From Nitrospirota bacterium (lineage in GTDB: Bacteria > Nitrospirota > Thermodesulfovibrionia > Thermodesulfovibrionales > Dissulfurispiraceae): DNA of 32,000 bases. Shown in pieces: positions 18,529 to 27,120 of the stretch. The stretch spans positions 1 to 32,000 of the forward strand of contig JAMCVZ010000046.1 in the NCBI GenBank assembly GCA_023476565.1, written 5' to 3'. Under the pieces are notes generated by a model. It saw nothing but the letters and a program-made list of their open reading frames with translations. It was not told where the DNA came from and searched no databases. The number at the start of each line of letters is the position of its first letter. The first letter of the stretch is position 1. The translations under genes and the position numbers were made by a program.

Positions 18529-19313
18529 ATAAGACGGATAGAAAGCTCGGGGATGAATGGGTAGACTGGGACGGCAAGCCGCGTGAATCTGAAACAGACG
18601 AGCGCATGGCTACTTTTTTTATCCTGTCCGGCGCCCTTGTGCTTCTGTCCGTCGTATTGATTTCATCCGGATGGTTTTTAATAAAACCGAGAATCGAGCA
18701 ACTGAGCCCTTACGTTTCCGATCCCGTAGAATGGGCTGTTGTCGGATTTACAGCGCTCTTCGTCATTTTTGCAACAGGAGAAAGTATAGCGCTTCTCAAA
18801 TTCGGGAAACCGTTGTTTCCTTACAGACAGGTTGAGAGGTTCTTTCTCTCCCTTCTCCCCAAAACCATATGGCTTGGAGAGAAACTGGGCATAAGCAGAG
18901 ACCGGGTCGGGAATTCTTTTATCAAGGCCCATAATCTCCTGGTCAAGGTACATATGGGCACGCTGGACACCCCCGACAGGATATTGATCCTGCTGCCGAG
19001 GTGTCTTAAAAAAGAGGTCAGAAACCAGATCATCAGCAGGATGAGCGGCAATTCATTTAAGGTCATCACCGCAGGAGGCGGTGAGGAGGCGCGGGCATCG
19101 ATCAAAGAGTACCGGCCTGCGTTTATACTCGCCCTTGCCTGCGAGAGGGACCTGATGAGCGGGATCAAGGACGTTGCAAAGAGGATTCCCGTGCTTGCCA
19201 TCCCTAACAAGAGGCCGGAGGGCCCCTGCAAGAACACGCATATCTCGCTCAGCGAGCTGGACGATGCCCTCCGGTTTATAGCACGCAGAAAAAACAATCC
19301 AATGACTTCCTGA
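18498..19313 (+). CDS. DUF116-like membrane protein (lacks the family's usual central Cys cluster as I recall it)
   Basis: N-terminal TM segments (FFILSGALVLLSVVLISSGWFLI; AVVGFTALFVIFATG). The C-terminal part 'ILILLPRCLKKE...VITAGGGEEARASIKEYRPAFILALACERDLMSGIKDVAKRIPVLAIPNKRPEGPCKNTHISLSELD' resembles the DUF116 consensus (LLxPxCL...G....ACExxL...iPv..v.....GCxNTxv). RBS GGGAGG lies upstream. Its stop overlaps the hpnH start. Confidence 0.6.
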   Translation: MFGESKDHPVDKTDRKLGDEWVDWDGKPRESETDERMATFFILSGALVLLSVVLISSGWFLIKPRIEQLSPYVSDPVEWAVVGFTALFVIFATGESIALLKFGKPLFPYRQVERFFLSLLPKTIWLGEKLGISRDRVGNSFIKAHNLLVKVHMGTLDTPDRILILLPRCLKKEVRNQIISRMSGNSFKVITAGGGEEARASIKEYRPAFILALACERDLMSGIKDVAKRIPVLAIPNKRPEGPCKNTHISLSELDDALRFIARRKNNPMTS

Positions 19314-20329
19314 TGACAATGTATATGCGTTTCCCGGTCAGCCTTCACGTATCTTTGACAAAATACATTATTAAAAACGCCCTTGACGGGATAAAAAGGT
19401 TTCCCCTGGTGTTGATGCTCGAACCCACGCACCGCTGCAACCTTGCCTGCGCGGGCTGTGACAGGATAAGGCTGCACAACCAGGAGCAAGCCGATGACCT
19501 TTCCTTGGAGCAGTGCATTGACGCGGCGCTTGCATCAAGGGCCCCTGTTGTGACGGTCACCGGAGGCGAGCCCCTCCTGTATCAGGAGCTGAACCCGCTC
19601 GTGGCGGAGCTGCTCGGAATGAAAAGACATGTATATCTCTGCACAAACGGTATTCTTACCGGGTCCTTTATTGAGGAATTCAAGCCGTGCACAGAGCTTA
19701 CCCTGAACTTTCACATAGACGGGATGGAAGAGACGCACGATCTCATAACCAACAGGGCCGGTACTTTTAAAAAGACGATAGGGGCCATAAAAAAAGCAAA
19801 ACAAAGGGGGTTCAGGGTGAGCACGAATACCTCTGTTTACAAGAATTCGGATACTGAGGAGCTTGAGAGGTTATTTGCGCTGCTGAAGGGCCTCGGGGTG
19901 GACGGCATCCTTATATCTCCTGCCTTCAGCTATGAGAGAGTGGAAAACAATATATTTCTTTGCAGGGACGAGGCCATGGAGAGGTTCAGGCATATGGCGC
20001 TCTTCTTCAAAAAATTCCCCTTTATCAATTCACCTGTCTATATTGATTTCCTGCAAGGCAAAAGGCAGATGAGCTGCACCCCATGGGGCAATCCTACCCG
20101 CAACCCGCTCGGCTGGAAATCACCCTGCTACCTGATAACCGATGCCTACTATGCATCTTACCGGGAGCTTATGGAGAAAACTCCGTGGAAAAGGTATGAG
20201 GCAGGCGCTGACCCGAGATGCAGGGATTGCATGGTGCACAGCGGTTACGAAGCAACTGCAATGAGAACCGCCTTCTCCCACCCGAAAGACCTCATCAGGC
20301 TTGCGCTCTGGAATCTGAAGAAACCCTGA
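19313..20329 (+). CDS. hpnH: HpnH, the radical-SAM adenosylhopane synthase (adenosyl-hopene transferase)
   Basis: 'KRFPLVLMLEPTHRCNLACAGCDRI' carries the CxxxCxxC radical-SAM motif in the HpnH-typical context, and a C-terminal Cys-rich region follows (CTPWGNPTRNPLGWKSPCY...CRDCMVHSG). Confidence 0.9.
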   Translation: MTMYMRFPVSLHVSLTKYIIKNALDGIKRFPLVLMLEPTHRCNLACAGCDRIRLHNQEQADDLSLEQCIDAALASRAPVVTVTGGEPLLYQELNPLVAELLGMKRHVYLCTNGILTGSFIEEFKPCTELTLNFHIDGMEETHDLITNRAGTFKKTIGAIKKAKQRGFRVSTNTSVYKNSDTEELERLFALLKGLGVDGILISPAFSYERVENNIFLCRDEAMERFRHMALFFKKFPFINSPVYIDFLQGKRQMSCTPWGNPTRNPLGWKSPCYLITDAYYASYRELMEKTPWKRYEAGADPRCRDCMVHSGYEATAMRTAFSHPKDLIRLALWNLKKP

Positions 20330-20375
20330 TGGAATCCGTAAGCTTGCAGGTAGTCAATACAATCGCCGTGAGGCC

Positions 20376-21164
20376 CTATGTCTTTGCCTTCCTGCCCAGG
20401 GCCTCTATTAAGGCTTCGACTGCCTGCCATAGATTTTGCGCCGCCCTTTCGGAATTGATTCCGAGTCTTATGCTGTGCGGTATAAGACCCGGCTTGCCGA
20501 TAAGCAGCGTGAGGGCCTTGTAAATGCTGTATCTGCCCGAACCGTCAACCACACTGAAAAGCCCCGCCGGGATATCATCATCAGCCGGATCCGTGATCGA
20601 GCGGATCGCAAAGAAAGGCAGGCTTCTTTGCATGGAGAGCCGCGCCAGATAAAATGTCTCCATGTCGCATACGGGAGAGAGGAGTCCCTGCGGCAGCATC
20701 TGCAGCAGTTCCTGTTTTCTCATGCGCTTTCCCATGGTTGCAACGCATCCCTCGTGCATGTTTACTTTAGCGGCAAGCCTTCCCGCGATCTCCCTGGCGC
20801 CCGGTATTTCAAAAAAGTGCGGGGCGCTATAGTGTGAGTCGATCATGTGCCCCTTCGCTGAGCGATCAGGAATGAGTATGGTTTTAGAGGCCCATACAAG
20901 ATCGCCGGCCAAAGCCCCATCATAAAGAGCGCCGCCGAACCCGAGGGATAAAATAAAATCAGGGTTGTGCTTCTCAGCCACATAGCTCAGGGCGGCTTCC
21001 GCGTTACAGGCCCCCATTCCGGTCTGTGCCATTACAATTTCAATAGGGGAGCGTTGTGCAAAAAAGAGCGTGAAAGGTTCCCCCTTCAAAATCCTCGGGG
21101 CCTTCAAATTTTCAAGTATGCGCTTTAATTCGTGCGGGAAAGCCGCAAACAACGATAGTTTCAT
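20376..21164 (-). CDS. hpnG: HpnG, hopanoid-associated nucleoside phosphorylase/nucleosidase (PNP_UDP_1 family)
   Basis: 'VMAQTGMGACNAEAALSYV', 'SLGFGGAL' and 'METFYLARL' are PNP/MTA-nucleosidase fold motifs. It is convergent with hpnH in the hopanoid context. Confidence 0.8.
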   Translation of the reverse strand: MKLSLFAAFPHELKRILENLKAPRILKGEPFTLFFAQRSPIEIVMAQTGMGACNAEAALSYVAEKHNPDFILSLGFGGALYDGALAGDLVWASKTILIPDRSAKGHMIDSHYSAPHFFEIPGAREIAGRLAAKVNMHEGCVATMGKRMRKQELLQMLPQGLLSPVCDMETFYLARLSMQRSLPFFAIRSITDPADDDIPAGLFSVVDGSGRYSIYKALTLLIGKPGLIPHSIRLGINSERAAQNLWQAVEALIEALGRKAKT

Positions 21165-21334
21165 AGCTGTCCCAAAATTTGAGCAAAAGAGATATTACAG
21201 AAATTATATCAATTAATCGCCTATAAGCATATAACCCTGAAACCGCCCTCTTTACTATCCTCCATAAAGATTCTCCTTGAATTCAGGTTCATTTTTTGTT
21301 AGTGATTTAGTATGGCCTATAAAATATCCTGCAC

Positions 21335-22507
21335 ATGGCTTGTTTCATGACAGGCGCTTCTGAAACTGTGGAAACAATAGTGCTTCTGCTCATCGTATCC
21401 TCGGGCGTCTATAGTCTTTTTTCTCTTTTCTGTGTAGTGGAATTCTTCACAAGAAAAGGGGAGTGTGGCGAAGTTCTGTCGCACACGCCCGTTTCCATTA
21501 TAAAGCCTTTGAGAGGCTATGATCCGAATCTCCAGGATAACATACGGAGTTTTTGCGTACAGGACTATCCCGAATACGAGGTCCTCTTAGGGTTTACTGA
21601 TCCCGGAGACAGCGCACTTGCCGATGCGCGGGAGGTAGCTGCCGCGCAGCCGGATTGCGCTGTCCGCATTGTAGTAAATGAAACGGGCCCGGGAGTCAAC
21701 CGGAAAATATCGAACCTGCAGGGGCTTGCTGAGGCAGCGCGCTATACGCTGCTGGCAATGAGCGACAGCGACATGAGGGCAGACCGCGATTACCTCGGGA
21801 GGATTACCGGAGAGTATTTCAGCCGGGAAAATGTAGGTCTTGTCACCTCACTTTATAAAATCCCGAACCCTGTATCTGCAGGCGCTGCCCTTGAATCGCT
21901 TACTATTGCCCTTGATTTTATTCCCTCCGTGCTTGTGGCCAGGCGGCTGGAAGGCATAACGTTCGGGCTGGGCGCGTCCATGTTCCTTTCAAAAAAATCG
22001 CTTGAGGATATCGGGGGCTTTTCGGTCATTGCCGATTACCTTGCCGATGATTACCGGATAGGCAACAGACTGTGGGAAAAGGGCTACCATATAATCCTTT
22101 CCCGGTATGTAATAGAGAATGTTGCCGGACATATGAGCATGGCCGATTACCTTATCCATCAACTCAGATGGGCCAGAACATACAGGGCCTCCAGGCCGAA
22201 AGGGTTTTTCGGCTATGGTATCACGCATATGCTCCCCCTTTCATTGGTCTACCTCTTTCTGCATGGCACGACGATTCTATCTCTCTCAATGGTCGGCGCT
22301 GTCCTTGTCTTAAGGCTCGGTCTGGCGCTCGTTCTGTACAGAAAGGTTATACGCTCCAGGGGCTGGTTAAAATGGCTCCCGATCGTGCCGATCAAGGATG
22401 TGCTGAGCTTCGGAATCTGGGTGTGGAGTTTTTCCGGACGTAAGGTCTTCTGGAGGGGGAAATATTACAGGATCGAAAAAGACGGCAGGATTAGAGAAGA
22501 AGCATAA
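21335..22507 (+). CDS. hpnI: HpnI, hopanoid-associated GT2 glycosyltransferase (ceramide-glucosyltransferase-like)
   Basis: An N-terminal TM segment, then 'VSIIKPLRGYDPNLQDNIRSFCVQDYPEYEVLLG', 'MSDSDM' (a DxD-like motif) and 'QLRWARTYR' (a QxxRW-like motif). C-terminal TM segments follow. Confidence 0.8.
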   Translation: MACFMTGASETVETIVLLLIVSSGVYSLFSLFCVVEFFTRKGECGEVLSHTPVSIIKPLRGYDPNLQDNIRSFCVQDYPEYEVLLGFTDPGDSALADAREVAAAQPDCAVRIVVNETGPGVNRKISNLQGLAEAARYTLLAMSDSDMRADRDYLGRITGEYFSRENVGLVTSLYKIPNPVSAGAALESLTIALDFIPSVLVARRLEGITFGLGASMFLSKKSLEDIGGFSVIADYLADDYRIGNRLWEKGYHIILSRYVIENVAGHMSMADYLIHQLRWARTYRASRPKGFFGYGITHMLPLSLVYLFLHGTTILSLSMVGAVLVLRLGLALVLYRKVIRSRGWLKWLPIVPIKDVLSFGIWVWSFSGRKVFWRGKYYRIEKDGRIREEA

Positions 22508-22719
22508 AAACCACAGTTTTCATCTTTTTTATAAAAAACATTCCGGCCGAAGCGCCAATAGAGCTCATCTTAAAGTTTTTCCTGTAAAAATCCGATAAGA
22601 AAACAGTCAATTTTATGACAGGCAATCTTTTCCTGCCGTCAAGAGAAACAAGGGAAAAGGTAAAGAGAAGCCATAATAATTAATAAGTATTTCAATAAGA
22701 TTGCCCGACATTACCTGAT

Positions 22720-22736
22720 AGGTATGATTATTGCAG
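22720..22736 (+). promoter_or_regulatory. Possible sigma54-type promoter (aGGTATGATTATTGCAg) upstream of pseB
   Basis: The GG-N10-GC spacing matches the -24/-12 architecture, with a perfect TTGCA -12 element and a partial match to TGGCACG at -24. It lies about 70 nt upstream of ATG 22804 in a 296-nt AT-rich intergenic region. Confidence 0.3.
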
Positions 22737-22803
22737 ATCCAATGCAGGCGATTTTTTTAAAAGGGCCATATATTTTTCAATCCCAAAGATGTGAGGAGAT
22801 GGC

Positions 22804-23799
22804 ATGTTTAATGACAAGGTAATACTTATTACCGGTGGAACCGGCTCTTTCGGCAAGAAGTTCACTGGATATGTTCTGAAAAATTACAAGCCCCGGAAGT
22901 TGATAATCTTCAGCAGAGATGAATTCAAGCAGTTTGAGATGTCACGCATTTTCCCTGACTCAGAATATCCTGTCAGATACTTTTTAGGCGATATAAGGGA
23001 TAAGGAGCGGCTCTACAGGGCGTTTGACGGGGTTGATTACCTCATCCATGCTGCTGCAATCAAACAGGTCCCTGCAGCGGAATACAACCCCTTTGAAGCG
23101 GTAAAGACCAATATCCTGGGCGCCCAGAACATCGTCGAAGCCGCTATAGACATGAATATTAAAAGGGTTATTGCGCTCTCAACCGACAAGGCTGTCAGTC
23201 CGATAAATCTTTACGGCGCCACAAAGCTTGCGATGGAAAAATTATTCATTGCAGGGAATGCCTACGTCGGCGCCAGGGAAACTTCTTTTTCTGTCGTCAG
23301 GTATGGAAATGTTATCGGCAGCAGGGGAAGCGTGATCCCTCTTTTTAAACAATTAGTGGATGGCGGAAAGAAAAAGCTTCCCGTTACCGATGAGCGGATG
23401 ACGAGGTTCTGGATAACCCTTTCCCAGGGAGTGGACCTTGTATGCAGGGCTGCAAGGGACAGCGTTGGCGGCGAGGTCTTTGTCCCGAAAATCCCGAGCA
23501 CGAAGATAACGGATATCGTGAAGGCGATGTGTCCTGACGGTGAATGCGAATTTATCGGCATAAGGCCTGGAGAAAAATTGCATGAATCGCTCATTTCAGA
23601 GGACGAAGGAAGAAATACCGTGGACATGGGTGACATCTATGTAATATTGCCCCAGTTCAGCTTCCAGGACAACAAACACTACGGCTACTCCAAATACCCG
23701 AGAATGTCTGACGGCTTCTTCTACAGGAGCGACAAGAACGAGCAGTGGCTCGATACCGACGAAATTACCGCCATGGTCCGGGGGCTCGAGCTTGACTGA
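22804..23799 (+). CDS. pseB: UDP-N-acetylglucosamine 4,6-dehydratase (inverting), PseB/FlaA1-type
   Basis: It is close to my memory of H. pylori FlaA1 along its length: 'ILITGGTGSFGKKF', 'FSRDEFKQFEM', 'IHAAAIKQVPAAEYNPFEAVKTNILGAQN', 'YGATKLAMEKLF', 'FSVVRYGNVIGSRGSVIPLF', 'MTRFWITL', 'GIRPGEKLHE'. Confidence 0.92.
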   Translation: MFNDKVILITGGTGSFGKKFTGYVLKNYKPRKLIIFSRDEFKQFEMSRIFPDSEYPVRYFLGDIRDKERLYRAFDGVDYLIHAAAIKQVPAAEYNPFEAVKTNILGAQNIVEAAIDMNIKRVIALSTDKAVSPINLYGATKLAMEKLFIAGNAYVGARETSFSVVRYGNVIGSRGSVIPLFKQLVDGGKKKLPVTDERMTRFWITLSQGVDLVCRAARDSVGGEVFVPKIPSTKITDIVKAMCPDGECEFIGIRPGEKLHESLISEDEGRNTVDMGDIYVILPQFSFQDNKHYGYSKYPRMSDGFFYRSDKNEQWLDTDEITAMVRGLELD

Positions 23800-24934
23800 T
23801 TTTTTCCCTTACAGCAGGCAGGCCATAGACGAGGAGGATATCGCGGCGGTAGTTTCAGTCCTGAAGTCGGATTATCTCACTCAGGGACCTGCTGTTGAGG
23901 CATTTGAAAAAGCGCTTTCCGAATATGCAGGCGCCTGCTACGCGGTCGTATTTTCATCCGGAACAGCCGCGCTGCACGCCGCGTATTTTGCGGCGGGGTT
24001 GGGTCAGGCGGATGAGATGATCACTTCACCCATAACCTTTGCCGCCACCTCCAATGCGGCTTTGATGCTCGGTATAAAGCCTGTTTTTGTGGATGTGGAG
24101 GGCGATACGGGCAACATTGATTTGGGCCTGGCCGGGCCGGCGGTAAAGCCTAAAACGAAAGCAGTAGTTCCGGTCCATTATGCCGGGCATCCCGCCGATA
24201 TGGACGGGATCCGCGATATAGCGCGGAAACACGGGCTCATCGTGATTGAGGACGCATGCCACGCAATCGGAGCGCAATATTCAGGCAGGAAGATAGGGGG
24301 ACTCTCCGATATTACGGTATTCAGTTTCCACCCGGTAAAGCCGATTACTACCGGTGAAGGCGGAGCTGCGCTGACAAATGACCGGGGAATTTACCGGAGA
24401 TTGAAACAATTCAGGACACATGGGATTACCAGAGAGGATTTTGTAAACGAATCCCACGGTGACTGGTATTACGAAATGCAGTTTTTGGGAAACAATTACC
24501 GGATGACTGACATCCAGGCGGCGCTCGGCACATCGCAGCTCAAGAAACTTGATGCATTTACAAGGAGAAGGAGATATATTGCTGAACGCTATTCTCTCGC
24601 TTTTAAAGATAATCCGTATTTTGATCTGCCGCCCGAAAGGGGGTATGCATATTCATCATATCACCTCTATCCCGTCAGGCTGAAGGACGGATATAAAGAT
24701 AAAAGAAGAGCGATATTCACGCAGATGAGAAAGGCGGGGCTTGGCGTCCAGGTGCATTATATCCCGGTATACCTGCAGCCCTATTATCAAAAGCTGGGAT
24801 ATGAAAGGGGATTGTGCCCGATAGCCGAGGATTTCTACCAGAGGGAGATCAGTATCCCCATATATCCGGCAATGGGTGATGGAGAAATTAATTCTGTGGT
24901 TACCCGTATTTTTGAGGTCTTTAAGCATTTATGA
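23792..24934 (+). CDS. pseC: DegT/DnrJ/EryC1-family PLP aminotransferase, PseC-type (UDP-4-amino-4,6-dideoxy-sugar transaminase)
   Basis: 'PYSRQAIDEEDIAAVVSVLKSDYLTQGPAVEAFEKAL', 'SGTAALHAA', 'VPVHYAGHPADMD', 'SFHPVKPITTGEGGA' (containing the PLP lysine) and 'YRMTDIQAALG'. The TTG start overlaps the pseB stop by 8 nt. Confidence 0.88.
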   Translation: MTDFFPYSRQAIDEEDIAAVVSVLKSDYLTQGPAVEAFEKALSEYAGACYAVVFSSGTAALHAAYFAAGLGQADEMITSPITFAATSNAALMLGIKPVFVDVEGDTGNIDLGLAGPAVKPKTKAVVPVHYAGHPADMDGIRDIARKHGLIVIEDACHAIGAQYSGRKIGGLSDITVFSFHPVKPITTGEGGAALTNDRGIYRRLKQFRTHGITREDFVNESHGDWYYEMQFLGNNYRMTDIQAALGTSQLKKLDAFTRRRRYIAERYSLAFKDNPYFDLPPERGYAYSSYHLYPVRLKDGYKDKRRAIFTQMRKAGLGVQVHYIPVYLQPYYQKLGYERGLCPIAEDFYQREISIPIYPAMGDGEINSVVTRIFEVFKHL

Positions 24935-24985
24935 GAGCATTGTCAGCACGGTAGGGAATATGAGGTAATTGAAAGGAGCACATGC

Positions 24986-26158
24986 TTGGAGCAGAGATTT
25001 GTTATAAAACCGCACCCGGATATTGAGCTTGGATTTGAGCGGAAAGAACTGGAATATTTTCTGACCTTTCCGGATAAGCCGATAAACCAAGATACCGGCT
25101 TGATACTGGCAATCCCCGGCTTCGGGGATAGAGCAGATTCCGATTATCAGCGCAATAAGCTGAGGCCTTATTTAGCAGGTAAATATAATTGTCTTGTTGC
25201 CGGTGTGAATTATTTCGGAATCGGTATCAAAGGGCCCAAAAGGGGATTTAATTATATAACCGCCGAGAATTTACCTGCTCTCATAGACCATATATACGGG
25301 ATATCCCCCGGGTCATATATGGTGAATACCGTGCTGAGGACGGATTTGCTTGCCGAGACATTAAAGCAAAAGGGGATTAAGAGGCTCGACACGCTGTGCA
25401 GGCTGATAAGGACTTACGCTGGGGGAGAATACCAGTCATTCGGATTTCTGCCTGCTGTAGATTGCTTGGCAGTAGTGGGGGATGTGCTCAGGAGATACGG
25501 AATTAATAGAAAAAAGATAGTAGCCTTCGGGAGCTCTTATGGTGGTTACATTGCATTGCTTTTGGGGAAATTCGCACCGAAAACGTTTTCCCGGATTATT
25601 GATAATTCCGGCTTTGTTAAAGTGTGCTTATCAGATGTTGCCGGCAAGGAATTCATGAGTCACGAGCATATTCTCATTGATGGAGTCGGGTTCCCTTATG
25701 CCGAGGATACCCCCTGGACGATAATAGATGATGCCTCCCCGAATTATTTCTCTGATGATTGCAAGAGCATCAGAAGTGTAATAAAAGAGAATCACGTAAT
25801 GGAATCTGATGCGAAATACTGTATATTCCACTCTGAAAATGATCAGCTGGTCAAAGTCCAGGAAAAAAGGCAATTGGTTCGCTTGTTGGAGAGCAAGTCA
25901 ATAAGCGTTTACTATAAGGAAGTAAATAAAAACGATATAGACGGCAAGGTTTTTAAAACCCTTGATCATGGTATGGAGGCCTCATTAAGAGGCCTTTTTG
26001 ATCTGGCGGCTGGAGTATGCAACAATGATTTGCATAAGAGTACTGATACCAATGACTTCGATCTGAATAGTACTTATACTTATGATTGCGGTGGAAAATC
26101 GTATACTTTTAGTTTTTTTCATAATTTCGAGATTCATGTCGAATTGAGGAAAAACTGA
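24986..26158 (+). CDS. Alpha/beta-hydrolase-fold protein of unknown function (possibly DUF2920-like)
   Basis: TTG start with RBS GAAAGGAG 7 nt upstream. Nucleophile elbow 'AFGSSYGGYIA', and later 'FHSENDQLV' and 'LDHGME' as candidate Asp/His triad members. The N-terminal pattern 'DIELGFERKELEYFLTFP...LAIPGFG' reminds me of the DUF2920 proteins in Campylobacter flagellin-glycosylation islands. I cannot verify that from here. Confidence 0.65.
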   Translation: MEQRFVIKPHPDIELGFERKELEYFLTFPDKPINQDTGLILAIPGFGDRADSDYQRNKLRPYLAGKYNCLVAGVNYFGIGIKGPKRGFNYITAENLPALIDHIYGISPGSYMVNTVLRTDLLAETLKQKGIKRLDTLCRLIRTYAGGEYQSFGFLPAVDCLAVVGDVLRRYGINRKKIVAFGSSYGGYIALLLGKFAPKTFSRIIDNSGFVKVCLSDVAGKEFMSHEHILIDGVGFPYAEDTPWTIIDDASPNYFSDDCKSIRSVIKENHVMESDAKYCIFHSENDQLVKVQEKRQLVRLLESKSISVYYKEVNKNDIDGKVFKTLDHGMEASLRGLFDLAAGVCNNDLHKSTDTNDFDLNSTYTYDCGGKSYTFSFFHNFEIHVELRKN

Positions 26159-26232
26159 ACCTGGCTTTTGGATCTTTTGGAGAGGCTGATTGATGGTCTT
26201 TTTATTAATTCTGGGATGCTTGCGGATGTTCT

Positions 26233-27120
26233 ATGAAAGGTAAAGTAATCCTTGGAACTGCCAATTTTGGGCTGAAATACGGTATTGCCAATAAAAAGAA
26301 ATTGGACAGAGATGAAATATTTAAAATACTTGAGCTTGCAAGGGCTGAAGGTATCTGGGGGATTGATACGGCTGGTGTTTATGGAGATGCGGAGGAGATC
26401 ATCGGGGAATTCTTTGCAAGACGCGGGAAAGTATTCAGAGTCATCGGAAAGCTCCCCAGGAGAGAGTATCTGGATTCAAGAGCCGTTGAGGATGAGATTT
26501 ACGGGGCACTGAAAAGAATGAATATTTCCCTTATCGATTCACTTCTCATCCACTCGTTTGAAACGTATAAACTATACGGCAAAATAATAATTCCCGCATT
26601 GCAGACCTTATGCAGAGATGGAGTGATCGGACGCTATGGGGTATCGGTTTACCATCCTGAAGAGGCTGAACATGTGGTACGGGAGACCCATGATAATCTG
26701 GCTATAGAGTTCCCTTTGAATTTGTTCGACCAGAGATTCCTTTCAGATAATTTTATGCAGACATTTAAAACTCGCGGACATCTCTTGTTTGCAAGATCTG
26801 TCTTTTTGCAGGGCCTGTTTTTTCTTGATAACCGTGGACTTGAAGGAAACTTCCGGAAAGTCGGGAAACAACTGAGGAGGATTCGGGATATATCCGAAAG
26901 TCATTCCATGAGGCCTGAATGCCTGGCTTTATTGTTTGCTATCTCAAAATCTCAGGTTGACGGGGTTGTTATCGGCGTTGATAGCGCAGAGCAATTTCTC
27001 AGCAATAGGGAATGCTTCTCTGACGTATCTTGCGGGAAATTTAAACAGGTTGAATCTCTTTTGCCGGATCTTGCAGTTTATGATGAAGATATCATCCTGC
27101 CATACCGGTGGAAGGCATGA
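26233..27120 (+). CDS. Aldo/keto reductase family oxidoreductase
   Basis: 'LGTANFGLKYG', 'GIDTAGVYGDAEEIIGEF', 'VIGKLP' and 'LLIHSFE' fit the AKR Asp/Tyr/Lys/His tetrad context. Confidence 0.8.
   Translation: MKGKVILGTANFGLKYGIANKKKLDRDEIFKILELARAEGIWGIDTAGVYGDAEEIIGEFFARRGKVFRVIGKLPRREYLDSRAVEDEIYGALKRMNISLIDSLLIHSFETYKLYGKIIIPALQTLCRDGVIGRYGVSVYHPEEAEHVVRETHDNLAIEFPLNLFDQRFLSDNFMQTFKTRGHLLFARSVFLQGLFFLDNRGLEGNFRKVGKQLRRIRDISESHSMRPECLALLFAISKSQVDGVVIGVDSAEQFLSNRECFSDVSCGKFKQVESLLPDLAVYDEDIILPYRWKA

Noticed and set aside
13973-19489. Long antisense ORFs opposite hpnK, the EamA-like gene, shc, hpnA and the DUF116-like gene (13973-14491, 14893-15612, 15902-16591, 17470-18159, 18821-19489)
   Set aside because: These are shadow ORFs on the strand opposite clearly recognisable genes. 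Their translations are Arg/Pro/Gly-rich with no family motifs.
22508-22545. Possible intrinsic terminator after hpnI (AAAAC-CAC-AGTTTT followed by TCTTTTTTAT)
   Set aside because: The stem is only about 5 A/T-rich base pairs. That is too weak to call with confidence, although the T-tract is suggestive.
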